Positions 37,734-49,914 of a DNA stretch of 64,000 nt are shown piece after piece. Source of the DNA: Eledone cirrhosa. Lineage: Eukaryota. Location of the stretch: positions 12,958,001 through 13,022,000 of the forward strand of contig OZ024746.1 of assembly GCA_964016885.1 (NCBI GenBank), given 5' to 3'. The position numbers and the translations under genes are program-made. The number at the start of each line of letters is the position of its first letter. Within the stretch, counting starts at the first letter, position 1. Under the pieces are notes generated by a model. It was not told the origin of the DNA and ran no database searches. It saw nothing but the letters and a program-made list of their open reading frames with translations.

Positions 37734-37955
37734 TCGACCAGAATGCTTGAGGAAGAAGCAAAATCTGACTCTCAACTTCGAGAACAATTTAAAGGTAAAT
37801 GGACTCGTACTTCTTCATCTCAACTTACTGAGACAATGAAAATTGAAGCATCAAAATATGAACAGATCCTCAATACTGCTATTCAGGCTGATAAGATTGT
37901 ACAGGAAAAATACAACAAACACAGAGAAGCTATACTGTTGCTTTCCAAACCAGAA
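37734..37955 (+). CDS. PDCD6IP: ALIX exon 11
   Basis: STRMLEEEAKSDSQLREQFKGKWTRTSS...LLSKPE; donor GAA|GTAAGT; 222 nt. Confidence 0.95.
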
Positions 37956-38883
37956 GTAAGTAAATCTTCAAACTCTGACTTATTTCCTCTCACAATCTCA
38001 TCAACCCAAATGACAGAATAAGCTTTCTACTTCCTTGTGTATGGATCAGATTTTTAAGACATTGGATATGAGGCATTCTCTGACTATCCTGCAGGGGAAA
38101 ATATATTCTTAAGCTCCTATGACACATGAAACCACATTACCACAATAAAACTATGACTGTATCACATTAAAAATTAGTCTTTATTTACTGTAATGTGGCA
38201 TAGTTTCACAATCTATCTACTACAAGTAAAAATACTATAAACATTTGAATTAATAAACCTATTTTTAGATATTTTCTACTAAATCATTGCAAGTTGTTAA
38301 GAGGTGAAACAATTTATTTGGGGCTTATTTTTAATTTTAACGTAAAGTACCTGGCATGGTGTCGATCATTCTATTTTACATAAATTTCATCTTCAGTTAA
38401 ATATTCCCTACCACTGATTTATATTTGCTATCTATATTAAAATTAAAACCACTTGTATTAATTCAGCCTATTTTGTCATGTGTTTCACAGTGACTACTAA
38501 TTTTTTAAGGTGGTTTAGTCTAAAGATATTAAATCTAAAGAAATTCTGGACCTTTAAGTACGTCCTTATGTTGTTTATTTAATACTACAGGTAAGATGGC
38601 AGATTTAAAAACAAAAACAATTTTTATTTATATAAATATTTCTACCATGGCAGATATTGAATTCATTATAAATTGTAACCATTTTAGCAACATGAAATGC
38701 TTTATCTGAAAGAGAAAAAAAACACCAACAACAAAAGATTACTGTAATCTTATTAGCAGATAATTCAAATAAACCTTTTTTTTAGTTATTTTATCATCAT
38801 TTTATGCCGTCGTTTCCATGCTTGGGTTGGACAGGTCAACTCCTCCATTTATTATCTATTTCTTTGTCTTGTTTATTTAACAG

Positions 38884-39043
38884 AAAGAAATCAAATCTTC
38901 TTTGCCTTCTGCTAATCCCACTGCTGCCTTACAAGACAGCAATGTTGTGCAGGATTTGCGTAAACTAATGGAACAGGTAGAAACGATAAAAGCTGAACGG
39001 GAAGTTATAGAGAGAGAAATTAAAGATGCTACATTTGATATTA
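38884..39043 (+). CDS. PDCD6IP: ALIX exon 12
   Basis: KEIKSSLPSANP...LRKLMEQVETIKAEREVIEREIKDATFDI; donor A|GTAAGT; 160 nt. Confidence 0.95.
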
Positions 39044-39196
39044 GTAAGTTGCTTCATTATTTCAATTACCCATAATTAATTTTAAAACTCAAAATTCTCG
39101 ATAATTTTATACAGTTACTTATCAAATTATTGAAATTTATAAACCTATTATATAAATTTTTTTTAATGTTACCCTTTTATTTATTTATTTTCTTAG

Positions 39197-39345
39197 GAAG
39201 TAAATTTTTGAATGCAATGGCTCAAGATGGTTTAATTAATGAAGAAGCCATCTCCTTACCAGAACTGAACAGAATTTTTGGTCCTCTCCGAGAACAAGTT
39301 TCAGACAGCATTAACCGACAAAAAGCTCTTTTGAATAAGATTCAG
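39197..39345 (+). CDS. PDCD6IP: ALIX exon 13
   Basis: RSKFLNAMAQDGLINEEAISLPEL...QKALLNKIQ; donor CAG|GTTAGT; 149 nt. Confidence 0.95.
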
Positions 39346-39440
39346 GTTAGTATTTTTGTTATATACCAATAGCCATTAAAACTATATAAATTTTGTACAT
39401 ATTTCACAAATTTCATATTTTAAAATATTCTTCTTTTTAG

Positions 39441-39575
39441 ACTTCAAACTCTGAGTTCTCTAAAGCTAAAGCTTCAAATCAATCTGGTGCCAAAAGAGAA
39501 TCCATGCTTAAAGACTTAGCAGCTGGTTTTGATATGTACACCGAACTGATGGATAATCTTCAGGAAGGCACTACG
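39441..39575 (+). CDS. PDCD6IP: ALIX exon 14
   Basis: TSNSEFSKAK...RESMLKDLAAGFDMYTELMDNLQEGTT; donor ACG|GTATGT; 135 nt. Confidence 0.95.
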
Positions 39576-39625
39576 GTATGTTACAACTAAAGTCTATTTA
39601 GACCTGTAAATATTAATCTAGTCAT

Positions 39626-39838
39626 TTAACACTTTAGCATTTAAACCGGCTGTATCTGGCCAGAATTCTCTCACATCTCTCTGTTCAAACCGGCCATAAC
39701 TGGCCTCTCATACTGATGTTAAAGTATTGTTCTCAAAATAAATCTCAAAATCTCATAGATTTGATATTATGCGAGATAAAGCCTTTACCATGAAAATACA
39801 ATAGTATATATAGAATAATGTAAATGCTAAAGGGTTAA
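39626..39838. mobile_element. piggyBac-type MITE (family A)
   Basis: TTAA-CACTTTAGCATTT...AAATGCTAAAGGG-TTAA. Confidence 0.9.
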
Positions 39839-39906
39839 GAAAAGAATTATATAATTGAACAGGTATTTAAATTTCAATAATTTATTTTTTTTTTCTTAAA
39901 TTTCAG

Positions 39907-40069
39907 TTTTATAATGATCTTACACGTTTGTTATTAAAACTTCAAAACAAAATCTCTGATTTTTGTTTTGCTCGCAAAACTGAGAAGGAAGAACTCTTAG
40001 GTGATCTTTCTAAAGAAATTGTAAATCAACCTTCACAACAGCCTCCCCAAACTCCAAAATACCAACAGA
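39907..40069 (+). CDS. PDCD6IP: ALIX exon 15
   Basis: [34 protein letters not shown]...PKYQQ; donor A|GTAAGT; 163 nt. Confidence 0.95.
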
Positions 40070-40135
40070 GTAAGTGCTGTACTATTATTTATATTCAATT
40101 GTGTTAGAACATTTTTGCACTTTTTATTTTTTATT

Positions 40136-40340
40136 TTAACTCTTAACATCTTGTACTGCATTAGCAAGATATTCTTGAAAAGTATAATACATCTCTATAC
40201 ATCAAATTAAAAATGAGTCTTTAGTTTACTGCAATTTTCCTCAATAGTCTGACCAGTACTAAAGATAACATAAACATGTAAATTAAATGACCCATTTTTA
40301 GATATTTTCTGCTGAATCACTACAGGATGTTAAGAGTTAA
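40136..40340. mobile_element. Second TTAA-flanked MITE family (B)
   Basis: TTAA-CTCTTAACATCTTGTA...TACAGGATGTTAAGAG-TTAA; partial older copy at ~38155-38305. Confidence 0.7.
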
Positions 40341-41299
40341 TATATAACTAAGCTTCAGAGAAAATTTTACAAATTCAACTTAAAATATTTTAAAACGTAA
40401 TTATTTCAATATTATGTTGATCAAGTATATCATACAATATATTTCCATACAGTTTAATATTTCATCACCTGTTAGACATAATATTTTCAACAGCTTCCTC
40501 TGAAGTATCAGTTTAAAAAATTCTAATAAAAAATACATAAATTGACATTTTGAAGATTTTTTTTTTGTTCAATAAAAAATATTCACGATCAGTATTTGTA
40601 ATATGTTTATCTCCCTTGTGTGATTGACAACGGTAAGTTATGATGTTAACCAAATATCAACTAGCTGCAGGTTTTTAATCATATTATTTCCTCTGTTTTA
40701 ATATCTATGTTTCTTACTATTATTCTTTGTGCTGCAAGGAAAACCACGTTCTGGTAATTTCATTTCTAAAGTAACCTTTAAGCATAGCCTGTGTTATTAT
40801 TATTATAAGAATGAAACTTTGTAATCAGTAGAATATAGTAATTATTGTATTTGTTTTCTTTAGGATAAAAAACTGAAGTCCAAAAATAAAATATAAATCA
40901 AAAGCTCAAAAAAAATACTAAATTTTCTGATATGTGTAAACTAATTTCAGTCATCACTTTAATTTGACAAATCAGTTTCAACATCTGCCTACAATATTGA
41001 AATGTGTTGGCTGCTGGTGAACACTTAAAACTTTTGTTAAATTATATCCCTTGTATTTTTCCTGTAGAAAGTTTCAAACTGAAATGTAAATAGTTTGTCA
41101 TATTTCAAATAGATAGGGATGTTTTCCATAAACTGAAATAGGATGGTAGTCAAAAGCTGAAATTTAAAAAATAATTAAAAATCAGTTTACATAAATTTTA
41201 ATATTTTTACCATTTTAAATGGTTTGGAGAGAGAAATATTTTTAATTAAAGGTTCTTACAAAAATTTCATTTCAAAACTACTCTAATTACGTGTAAAGG

Positions 41300-41575
41300 G
41301 TAAAGACCCCCTTAGGTCACGAATAAACATGGGATTTGCACCTAGAAAGTTATCTTTCGAGGTACAAGCCTGGGCAAAGTTGTTTGTGGAAGACCAGCAG
41401 TTGCCCAAGCATATCAGTCTCTCCTCTCCACGCCACCAATGTTGGGAAAGGCAATGGCCGATACAGCTTAACAGCAGTGGCATCGCAACTCATTTCTACA
41501 GCTGAGTGAACTGGAGCAACGTGAAATAAAGTGTCTTGTTCAAGAGCACAATACAAAGCCCAGTTCGAGAAACTC
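41300..41575 (-). mobile_element. tRNA/CORE-like SINE
   Basis: CATTTCTACAGCTGAGTGAACTGGAGCAACGTGAAATAAAGTGTCTTG is the reverse complement of the 26796 copy. Confidence 0.75.
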
Positions 41576-41626
41576 AGTCATCTGCCTTCACTTATTGCAA
41601 ATAAAATAAGTGAAATATAAAGTTGT

Positions 41627-43094
41627 TTAACCCTTTAGCATTCACATTGAATTGTCAAATGTCATGTTCATCTATTCGCATTATTTTCACTTAATTATAC
41701 TCAAGAGGGTTATCAATTTTATTTGTTTGTAATTACTTTAATTTTCTATGTGCAGACTTGAAATTTTGTCAGATGTTTAAATAACTATAATTTACAATTA
41801 TATATTTTTACCCGATTTTTTTTTTTGTTAAATTTGACTTTTATGGGCAAGTGAAATTAATTAACCGGTGTAAAAGTAATAACTTTATGGATAAACACAA
41901 ACATTTAAACTTTATCTGCCTTATCTGTTAGATTTGTTGCAAAAAAATCCAATAATGACCTAGATGCTGATTTCCATCAATTCTAGCAGTTTTCCGAACA
42001 GGTGAATTAATTAAAAATGCAGGTGTAATCAGTACAAGGTTTTAGTCTTTCTCTACACTCCAGGCAAATATTTTCATTGAAAAAAATGTATAAAACCTTT
42101 TCACCAGTCAAAATAATATTGGCAATGTACTCTGTAAATGTACGGTGTAAAATTACGTAACAGAAAGTTCCCAATATATAAGTTTATACACACTTTTAAA
42201 TTTTTCTGACAATATTTCAATTAATGGTCATACTTTGTACAGTGGGTCGTAATTCGATTCATTTCTACCAGGGGCATTTGAAGTATCAACCAGATGCAAA
42301 TACTGGTTTAATTTAATGAATCTCGTTTTTGCCATAATACTAGATATATAAGGGTCACCAAACCTTATATTAGTACTCCAATAATTCCACAGTCGTGGAA
42401 ATTGTTTAATACCAAACATAATATTTATGGTAAAAAACGCTTTCATTTTGGCAGAATCTGTCGGACGCCATAACAGATCGGGTTTTCCGATATTAGAAAT
42501 TTGTTGTTGTGCATAGCGATTTGCCACAACTTCGAAGAAAGTTTGTGGTAAAAATAAAAAATAATAATCCAGTGCTTTAGCATCGAGTGGTAGTGTGTGT
42601 TGTGGTCCAATATTTTCAGTAAAATCCGAAACATGTATCGATGTTGTTTCTTTCAACCGCATTGGTGTTTTCTCAATGGTGTCAGTCAAATCTTCGCTTT
42701 CACTTTCAAAGTGACTATCAGATATATCTGAAATAAATATATCTGATTCGTTTGAAGATAAATCACTGATATTATCTTATGTTTCTTTTTGTTCTCGAAT
42801 GTCGTCGGACGTAAAACTTTCAAATTCGTTGTTGCTACTTTCGGAAGCCATGTTACACTTTCAACGTTAAAAACACGTGTTATCGCAAGTTCTTTAACTA
42901 TACTAAGAATTAATTTTCGCGTGTAAGGGCTTTATCTCGCAGTAATCTCGAATTGACGAGATTTCGATGATGTCAATGTTTATTTTTAGAAGGAAATCTC
43001 CGTGTGGTATTAAATGTCGGTTTTTGTCGGTTTGAATAAATGAAAGGAGACATAATCTTGTCGGTTTTTGTCGCGTTGAATGCTAAAGGGTTAA
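41627..43094 (-). mobile_element. Internally deleted piggyBac transposon
   Basis: TTAA TSDs; perfect 14-bp TIRs CCCTTTAGCATTCA / TGAATGCTAAAGGG; subterminal repeats TGTCGGTTTTTGTCG x2; transposase remnant inside. Confidence 0.93.
42180..42851 (-). pseudogene. piggyBac (PGBD-like) transposase N-terminal remnant
   Basis: Acidic N-terminus MASESSNNEFESF...KET*DNISD; then LDYYFLFLP..NRYAQQ..WRPTD..MKAF..YWST..MAKTRF..LHLVD..DPLYKV*PLIE. Two in-frame stops; the DDD catalytic core is absent. Confidence 0.9.
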
Positions 43095-44605
43095 ATATCA
43101 TATAAAATTGAGTTATTAGCATAGACTCCTTAATGCCTACTTCAATAAACTATGGTAAATAGGATGATTAATTGGGTCTGGTTTCTGCTAAAAGCTTTAT
43201 AAGAGGAATATTTTCAAAATTTCCAGTCTCATCTTTTTTCTAGAAATCCTTGCTTTCTCTACCACTGCCTGACTTGATTACACTATCAGAAATTGAAGCA
43301 TTTTAGTCTTTTTAATTTATTGCATTAAAAATCATAGAAATTCAGTTTCTATTAGTAAACCTGAATGAAGCTTATATAATTTTGAAACTGGATAGTAAGT
43401 TATAGGAATAAGGAAAAAGGATTTGTGGAAAAATAACCAAAACCAAATACAACAATACACAAGATTCACTGTAAATATATTGCACAGTGTGCAGCAAGTC
43501 TTTATAACTAATACTGTATTGAAATTTATGATGTTTTAATACAAGTAGGTAAATCCTAGCAATCTTGAGTGCTTTTGTATCTTATGACCTCAGGCTATTT
43601 GTTAATTAAAGGATTAAAACTAATCATATAATCATTTGGACAGTTTTTTATTCTATGCATGTATATAATTGTTGTAATCTCCCCCCCCCCCCCCCCCATT
43701 ATTTTTTGATGATGGAATAATGACTGAAAAACATTACTAAATTATTTTGAATTGTCTTAAATTCTTAATCTCTATTTAAATATGTATAAGGCAGGAAATA
43801 ATAATTCTCAGTTAAAAATACAAATTTTAGTCTTTTTAATTGCTGTCACAAAACTTTACTGTGGTTCATGATGGAATCAACTGAAACATTTTAAAATTTC
43901 GAAAAATTTACTTTCTTAAAAAGCATTTTGAAATTAAAAACTAGTTTCTTAAATGTAATTTGAAAATGACTCACTTATATTTTTATATAATCCTAGCCAC
44001 TATACAAGGTACTCTGTACAATCTTGACTGGTCGGTTTTCAATGACAATAGAGAACTGTTCAATCATGTCTAGGGCATGACAATCTCTCTAGTGTTGCTA
44101 CCATGATAAAATCTACCCAGTACAAAAGTGGTTGGCATTAGTAGGGGCATCTATTGAGATATGGTTCCCTGATCTGTTGAGAACAGCAGCTATGATTATG
44201 TACATATTCTCAACAATCCAGCTGACCCGTGCTAGCATGGAAAAACAGGAGTGAAATGTCTAACCCATGCTAGCATGGAAAAACAAGAGTAAAATGATTA
44301 TTTATAAATTCTGTTAAATAATAACAGATCAAATTACTTTGAAGCACAATCTACAAAATTATGGCTTAAGAAAAAAAAAGTTGAAGAAACAGTCTATAAA
44401 AATGTTAAAATGTATTTAGAAAATACAGAATTGTTTCATATGAACGTTTTATTGAATTTGTTTGCTCAACTAAACTACTAATTTATTGACAAATATATCA
44501 AGACTAATGTACATAGTTCTGGTAGATATATATTGTCATCATAAACTTTCCATCATCAATTAGCATGTAGATTGTCATTGGTTGTGAATTCTATTTCTTT
44601 TGCAG

Positions 44606-44737
44606 ACTGCACGTCAGACCCCACCACCATGAAAAAGACCCCACCACCACCACGACCGCCTCCACCTAATGTTAGTCAGTCAACATTGCCGTCAGCCCCC
44701 CAAACTTTTCAATCCACTAATGAAATCCCTGCACCAG
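44606..44737 (+). CDS. PDCD6IP: ALIX exon 16 (Pro-rich; PPRPPPP, PSAP)
   Basis: Acceptor TTTTGCAG|; NCTSDPTTMKKTPPPPRPPPPNVSQSTLPSAPQTFQSTNEIPAP; donor CAG|GTAATG; 132 nt, phase 1-1. Confidence 0.85.
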
Positions 44738-47219
44738 GTAATGATTCAGCTGTCAGCTATATACTAACTCAAATTGTCTCTCTTGTCACCATAGTTGACA
44801 AGATGCTGACACTGGTCTCAACTAACAATTTCAGTTTTAAGTTTAAATTACTAAATTATATTCTTTCCATCTTTTGAACTACACGCTTTTTAGTTTGAGG
44901 TGAGGTTGGTTAGTTTTTGGTTTACACACACTCTAATTGGTATAGATATGTAAACCAATTATGAATGTGTATCTTGGTTTTTAGAATAGGTGCACCATAT
45001 CCCTGCATGTCATAATTGGTGACTAAAAGGGCTGGTGTTAGGAAGCACATCTGACAGTAAAACATTTCAAGCCATACCGTCCAATCCCATGCCAGTATGA
45101 AAAAGTGGACGCAAAAACAATAATAATGAATCATTTTCCTAGACAAGACTTAAATTCTGCATCATGAGATCAATTTTCAGTGGATGGAATAAACATAAGT
45201 TGAAGTATGTTTGCCAAATTAGTGTTAGCTATTTAGTTTGCCAACAGAAAATGTTAAACATTTTCTACACCCACCTACACAAGACATCACATTTTAGTGG
45301 CAACACAAGATAGTTGCCATAGCTATGTAGTCAGATCCTGTTTCAAATATCACATGGTGATCCTGGACAAGGCTTATAAAACAAACATCCCACTTTCCTT
45401 CTTCAACTTGGTGTCGGCGTCATGTGAAACTCATCCAGTTGTCTTTATTGACACTTTTCCAACCAATATGGATGACAGAATTATTAAACTCCTTGTATCT
45501 TTCCCATTAATTCATATTTCATTGTTGTAATCATTTTAACTGCACAAAATGACTTCTATTTTGTGAACTTTCTTTTTTTTTTTTTTTTTTTTTATTATTA
45601 TTCAATTCTCTAAAAACAACTATTGGATCATTTTTGTTGTTGATTAGATATGTCATTTTGAAAGATGGTAATGTATTTGTATTTAAAAGGAAAATTGAAC
45701 TGAAAGTCTACAATAAATATTTTTTAAAACAAAATGTCCTTCTAATGGAAGGTTTTTCTTTTTAAAAAAATCTAAAACATGGATTTTAAGTATTTTATTT
45801 TCACAAAAATAAATAAAATGTTAATTATTCAACCCAATGAGGAAAATGCTGATTAAAGAACTAAATACTGAATGTTGAGAAGTACCTACCATGGATTTAT
45901 TTCTCAATTAGTTATGGTGTCACTTGTGTTGACTTTGTACAGAATTAAGCTGTATATATCTGTCCATGATGGTCAGATCGGTACAATGCAAGAAGGAATA
46001 TAGGGAATAATTAGTTGATATTAACTATTCTCTCACTGTATGGAGGTTTTTGGGGGTTAACTTCATTCACCAATTTATGAATATATATCGTATTAGTTAA
46101 CAACACTGGCTAAATTCTTTGAAGTATCGGCACTGACTCAAAAATATAACTCCTATATATTTTGATGGGCAATCTATATTACAAGTTTTATATTGCAAAC
46201 CACACTCCAATTCCATGCCAGCAATGAAAAGTCTTGGTAAAAACGATGATGAATTCCTTGGCAAGAATTAAATCCTGTATTCTGACATAAGTGTATTGCT
46301 TTTGTGCAAAGAACAATACTCAGTTTATATTAGATTTCAAAAGAAACTTCACTCATTCTTGATTATGCTGAAATTCCAAATATTTTTCTGTAACCATTAC
46401 CTGATCTCCAGAAGGTCTGTTTGTATGGTTCACCGAGCACGTGTGTCACATGCAACAATATTTTGTTATTCCTTGATGTTCTTATCGTATCAAAGATGCT
46501 ATTCTCCTGAAAAGTTCGTGTAAATGTTTTTTTAAAAATACAAATACCTAATTTCAAGAATTGCTCCATGTTTCAATCCAGTTGCATGGTTATAATTGTT
46601 GTGGTTATCGTAGTGTTAGTAAAGCTTTAGTAGACAAGCACCACTTCCCAAACCATTCACATTCATTTTTTTTCCCCTTTTCTTTATATGAATCAAATTC
46701 ATCAAATCATTTGCAGAAATAATAACAAAAATTCCTTTACTTTTTCTTTACTTATATTCAGATAATATAATTTCACAGGCTTTATTTTTCAGACTAAATT
46801 GAAATATTTTTCAGACTAAATTGAAATATTTTCTCATGGAACTTCCATTGTTTCTTGTATATATTTCAGTTGGGTTTCCTTGGTTATGTAGGCTCTTTAT
46901 AAAATGAATATCTTATATTGATGCTACAGATTAAACTTTACAGTTTCTTTCATTTGTTACATTGAAGTATTATCTGTTTATTTCTTACTCAATTTTGAGT
47001 AAGAGGAAATATTCCAAGCCTGTAGCATACTACAAACCATTACTTTGTCTACAGTATTGGTCCTACCCATGCTAGTGTGGAAAATGGACGTTAAGCGATG
47101 ATGATGATGATATGAGATTATTTTGTAATCTGCAAATGTCTGTGTTCATTTATAGAGTTTGCATCTTCTCTGTTCCTAATAATGTTCACTAGCATGTTTG
47201 TTGCTCCTCCTTTCAACAG

Positions 47220-47360
47220 GTCGACTAGGTGACCCTTCTCCTCCCCCAGCAACAGCTCCTGGTGGTAGTGCAGGGGTTCCAGTGACAGCTTCTGCCCCAA
47301 TTCCCCAGACAGTACCTACATCTTCAAATTCAGCTCAACAGCCACCTCCTCCATATTATG
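47220..47360 (+). CDS. PDCD6IP: ALIX exon 17 (Pro-rich; PPPPYY)
   Basis: Acceptor TTTCAACAG|; GRLGDPSPPPATAPGGSAG...AQQPPPPYY; donor G|GTAAGA; 141 nt, phase 1-1. Confidence 0.85.
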
Positions 47361-48190
47361 GTAAGAGATCATTGGGTTCCCATTTATAATAGGTGTTATA
47401 ATCCTCTTCTCTCTCTAATCTGTCTTTGAAATAAAACACAGTATTATATGTATAGATTTTACTTATATTATGTAACAAAAATATTTTTCATTATTCTAAT
47501 ATTGTGCTTTACTGAAACCCTCAAATATTAAAATTTTTATCTTTAAACCAGTTGAAATTTATAAGTGTAGTTTTATTTTTGCTGTAGCTAAATCACATCT
47601 TTGCTTTATCATTCCAAATTAAGTCATTCCCATTTAAAATTTTAATCTAAAATATTTTAATCATCTTGTTCCCACATTATAATATTTACATAAATCTTTT
47701 TATTAACAAATTGAAAATTATTTTAATTATATATATATTTTTTTTATTTTGAATATTTCTCTAATTAATATTTTTCTTTATTTTGTCTGAAATGTATTTT
47801 TACTGAACTACATTTGTTAAGAAAATTTATTGGTTGAATAAGATTGCAAATTAATGGTAGAAATTAAGATCTATTAATTAGTGGCATTAACAAATAGAGG
47901 CTCTGTTACTTAATAGTATTTAGGATAAAAATAATTTTATAATAGGCTAGACATCATTGTTTTGGGCCTTTCTTTCCTATTGGTTCTAGAAATGTTTCAA
48001 CTGCCTTTTCTCTTGTTTCTAGGCCCAAACCTATTTTAGTGATTATTTTATTTTATTTTATTTTAAATTTTTTTTTTATTTTTTATTCGCACTTTCACTG
48101 GTATGTCTGACCAATTTACACTGGTATGTCTGACCAATTTACCTCTAAAGGCCACTTTAATTTTCTGTCCCTCTGTCAAATATCTAGATT

Positions 48191-48566
48191 AATAATTGTT
48201 TCTACTTTAGGCACAAGGCCAGCAATTACCCAGTACATTACTGGTACTTTATTTTATCGACCCCCGTAAGGATGAAAGGCAAAGTTAACTTCGGCGAGAT
48301 TTGAACTCAGACTGTAAAGGGACGTAACTATGCTAGAAAGCATGGCGTCCAACCCTCTCCCGATACTGCCAATTCAAATAATTGTTTCTACTTTTGGCAC
48401 AAGGCCAGCAAAAACCCAGTGTATTACTGGTACTTTATTTTATCGACCCCGTAAGGATGAAAGGCAAAGTTAACCTCGGTGGGATTGGAACTCAGAATGG
48501 CAAGGGCCGTAACTCTATGCGTCAAAGCATGGCGTCCGACCCTCTACCGATACTGCCAATCCACCA
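48191..48566 (-). mobile_element. Head-to-tail pair of tRNA-derived SINEs
   Basis: Two copies (48191-48375 and 48377-48566) of the 25118 family. Confidence 0.85.
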
Positions 48567-48635
48567 ATAATGTATGGACAGAGAAGAATTACAGATTTCT
48601 TAAAGCAGGTGTTAATGGGCACTTACTTAGTTATT

Positions 48636-48780
48636 TTAACCCTTTAGTATTTAAACTGGCCCTATCCTGCCAAAATTCTCTTCCTTCTTTCTGTTCAAAC
48701 TGGCTGTAACTGGCCACTCATACTGATGTTAAGGTATTGTTCTCAAAATATATAACATCAAAAGCTCATAGATTCGATAG
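48636..48780. mobile_element. Truncated piggyBac-type MITE (family A)
   Basis: TTAACCCTTTAGTATTTAAACTGGCC...; only one end present. Confidence 0.75.
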
Positions 48781-48973
48781 TGTGTCCTTTCTCCCCCTCA
48801 TAATTGTCAAATTTATTTCAAAAGCCTTATTGACTGAATGTTTTCTATTGATTTCTTTCCATAAATATAATGTTACTAAATAAAGAATTATATTTTGTTT
48901 GAAATTAGACAAATGTTTTGTGTCTTTTCCAATTAGTTTATTAATGTTTATTTTGTTTTCTTCTACTTTACAG

Positions 48974-49221
48974 GAGAACAACCTGCCAGCTGGACTGCTC
49001 CATATCCAGTGTACCCAATGATGCCAATGCCCTCTGGTTATAACCCTTACAATCATTTCATGGCCTATTCTCAACCTTCGTATCCTAGTGGCTACCCTCC
49101 AGTTCAACCACCTCAGTATAACTATCCAGGACAACAGCCTCCACCACAATATCCCCCACAACATCCACCACAGCAATCTAATTATCCAGGATATACACAA
49201 CCTCAAGCTCATTGGCCTTGA
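48974..49221 (+). CDS. PDCD6IP: ALIX exon 18 (terminal)
   Basis: Acceptor TTTACAG|; GEQPASWTAPYPVYPMMPMPSGYNPY...QAHWP*; Tyr/Pro/Gln-rich tail typical of ALIX. Confidence 0.93.
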
Positions 49222-49309
49222 GTTTCTCCATCTAACACAACATTGAAATGTTAGCCTAATTATTGAGCTGGTCAAATTTAGAAATCTTTAATTCTTTTTT
49301 TCTGAATAT

Positions 49310-49398
49310 CTATCTTTCTCTCTTTCTCCTCTTTCTCTCCTTTTTTTTCTCTTTCTCTCCTTTCTCTCTCTCTCTCTCATCTCTTTCTCTCTCTCTCA

Positions 49399-49461
<63 letters not shown>
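49310..49461. repeat. (CT)n tract in ALIX 3'UTR
   Basis: Direct reading. Confidence 0.9.
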
Positions 49462-49463
<2 letters not shown>

Positions 49464-49914
49464 CATACACACAGTTCAAACTGAACTGCTGACTACAAAT
49501 TTGGTTTATTCTAAATATTTTAAATAAGCTAGCTTTTTCAAGATGAAAAACAAAAATGAATATTTTGTTCATTTTTCAAATTTTCCCAATTGTTTTAGTT
49601 CAAAATAGAATTGCAATAGTTGTTTTCAAATAAGATAAGATAATCTTTGCTTTGTTGCACCTTAATTACTTCTAAAACCAAACCCAACATTCACTTCTTA
49701 CAATGAGAACATTGTCTTTTTTTTTTCTTTTCTTTCTGTTTCATATAGGAAATATATAGCTTAAAATATTTCTGTAAAAGAGCTGAAGTGATGTCCCTCT
49801 CAACCACACACACACATATATATATATACAAATAGGGAATATGAAATAAAGAAAAACCCAAGATATTTAGTGTTATCGGAATATACTGTATATTTTTATT
49901 ATTCATTACTATTA

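Larger units (their letters stand above)
5946..49221 (+). other. PDCD6IP: ALIX / programmed cell death 6-interacting protein gene span (18 coding exons, 903 aa)
   Basis: Spliced translation gives Bro1 motifs ([51 protein letters not shown]), V-domain motifs (LASLNLPAAIED, EGTTFYNDL, FARKTE) and a Pro-rich tail (PPRPPPP, PSAP, MPMPSGYNPY). Exon lengths sum to 2712 nt with consistent phases. Confidence 0.97.

Noticed and set aside
42228-42689. Domesticated PGBD gene
   Set aside because: In-frame stops on both sides, catalytic core deleted, and TIRs and TSDs retained.
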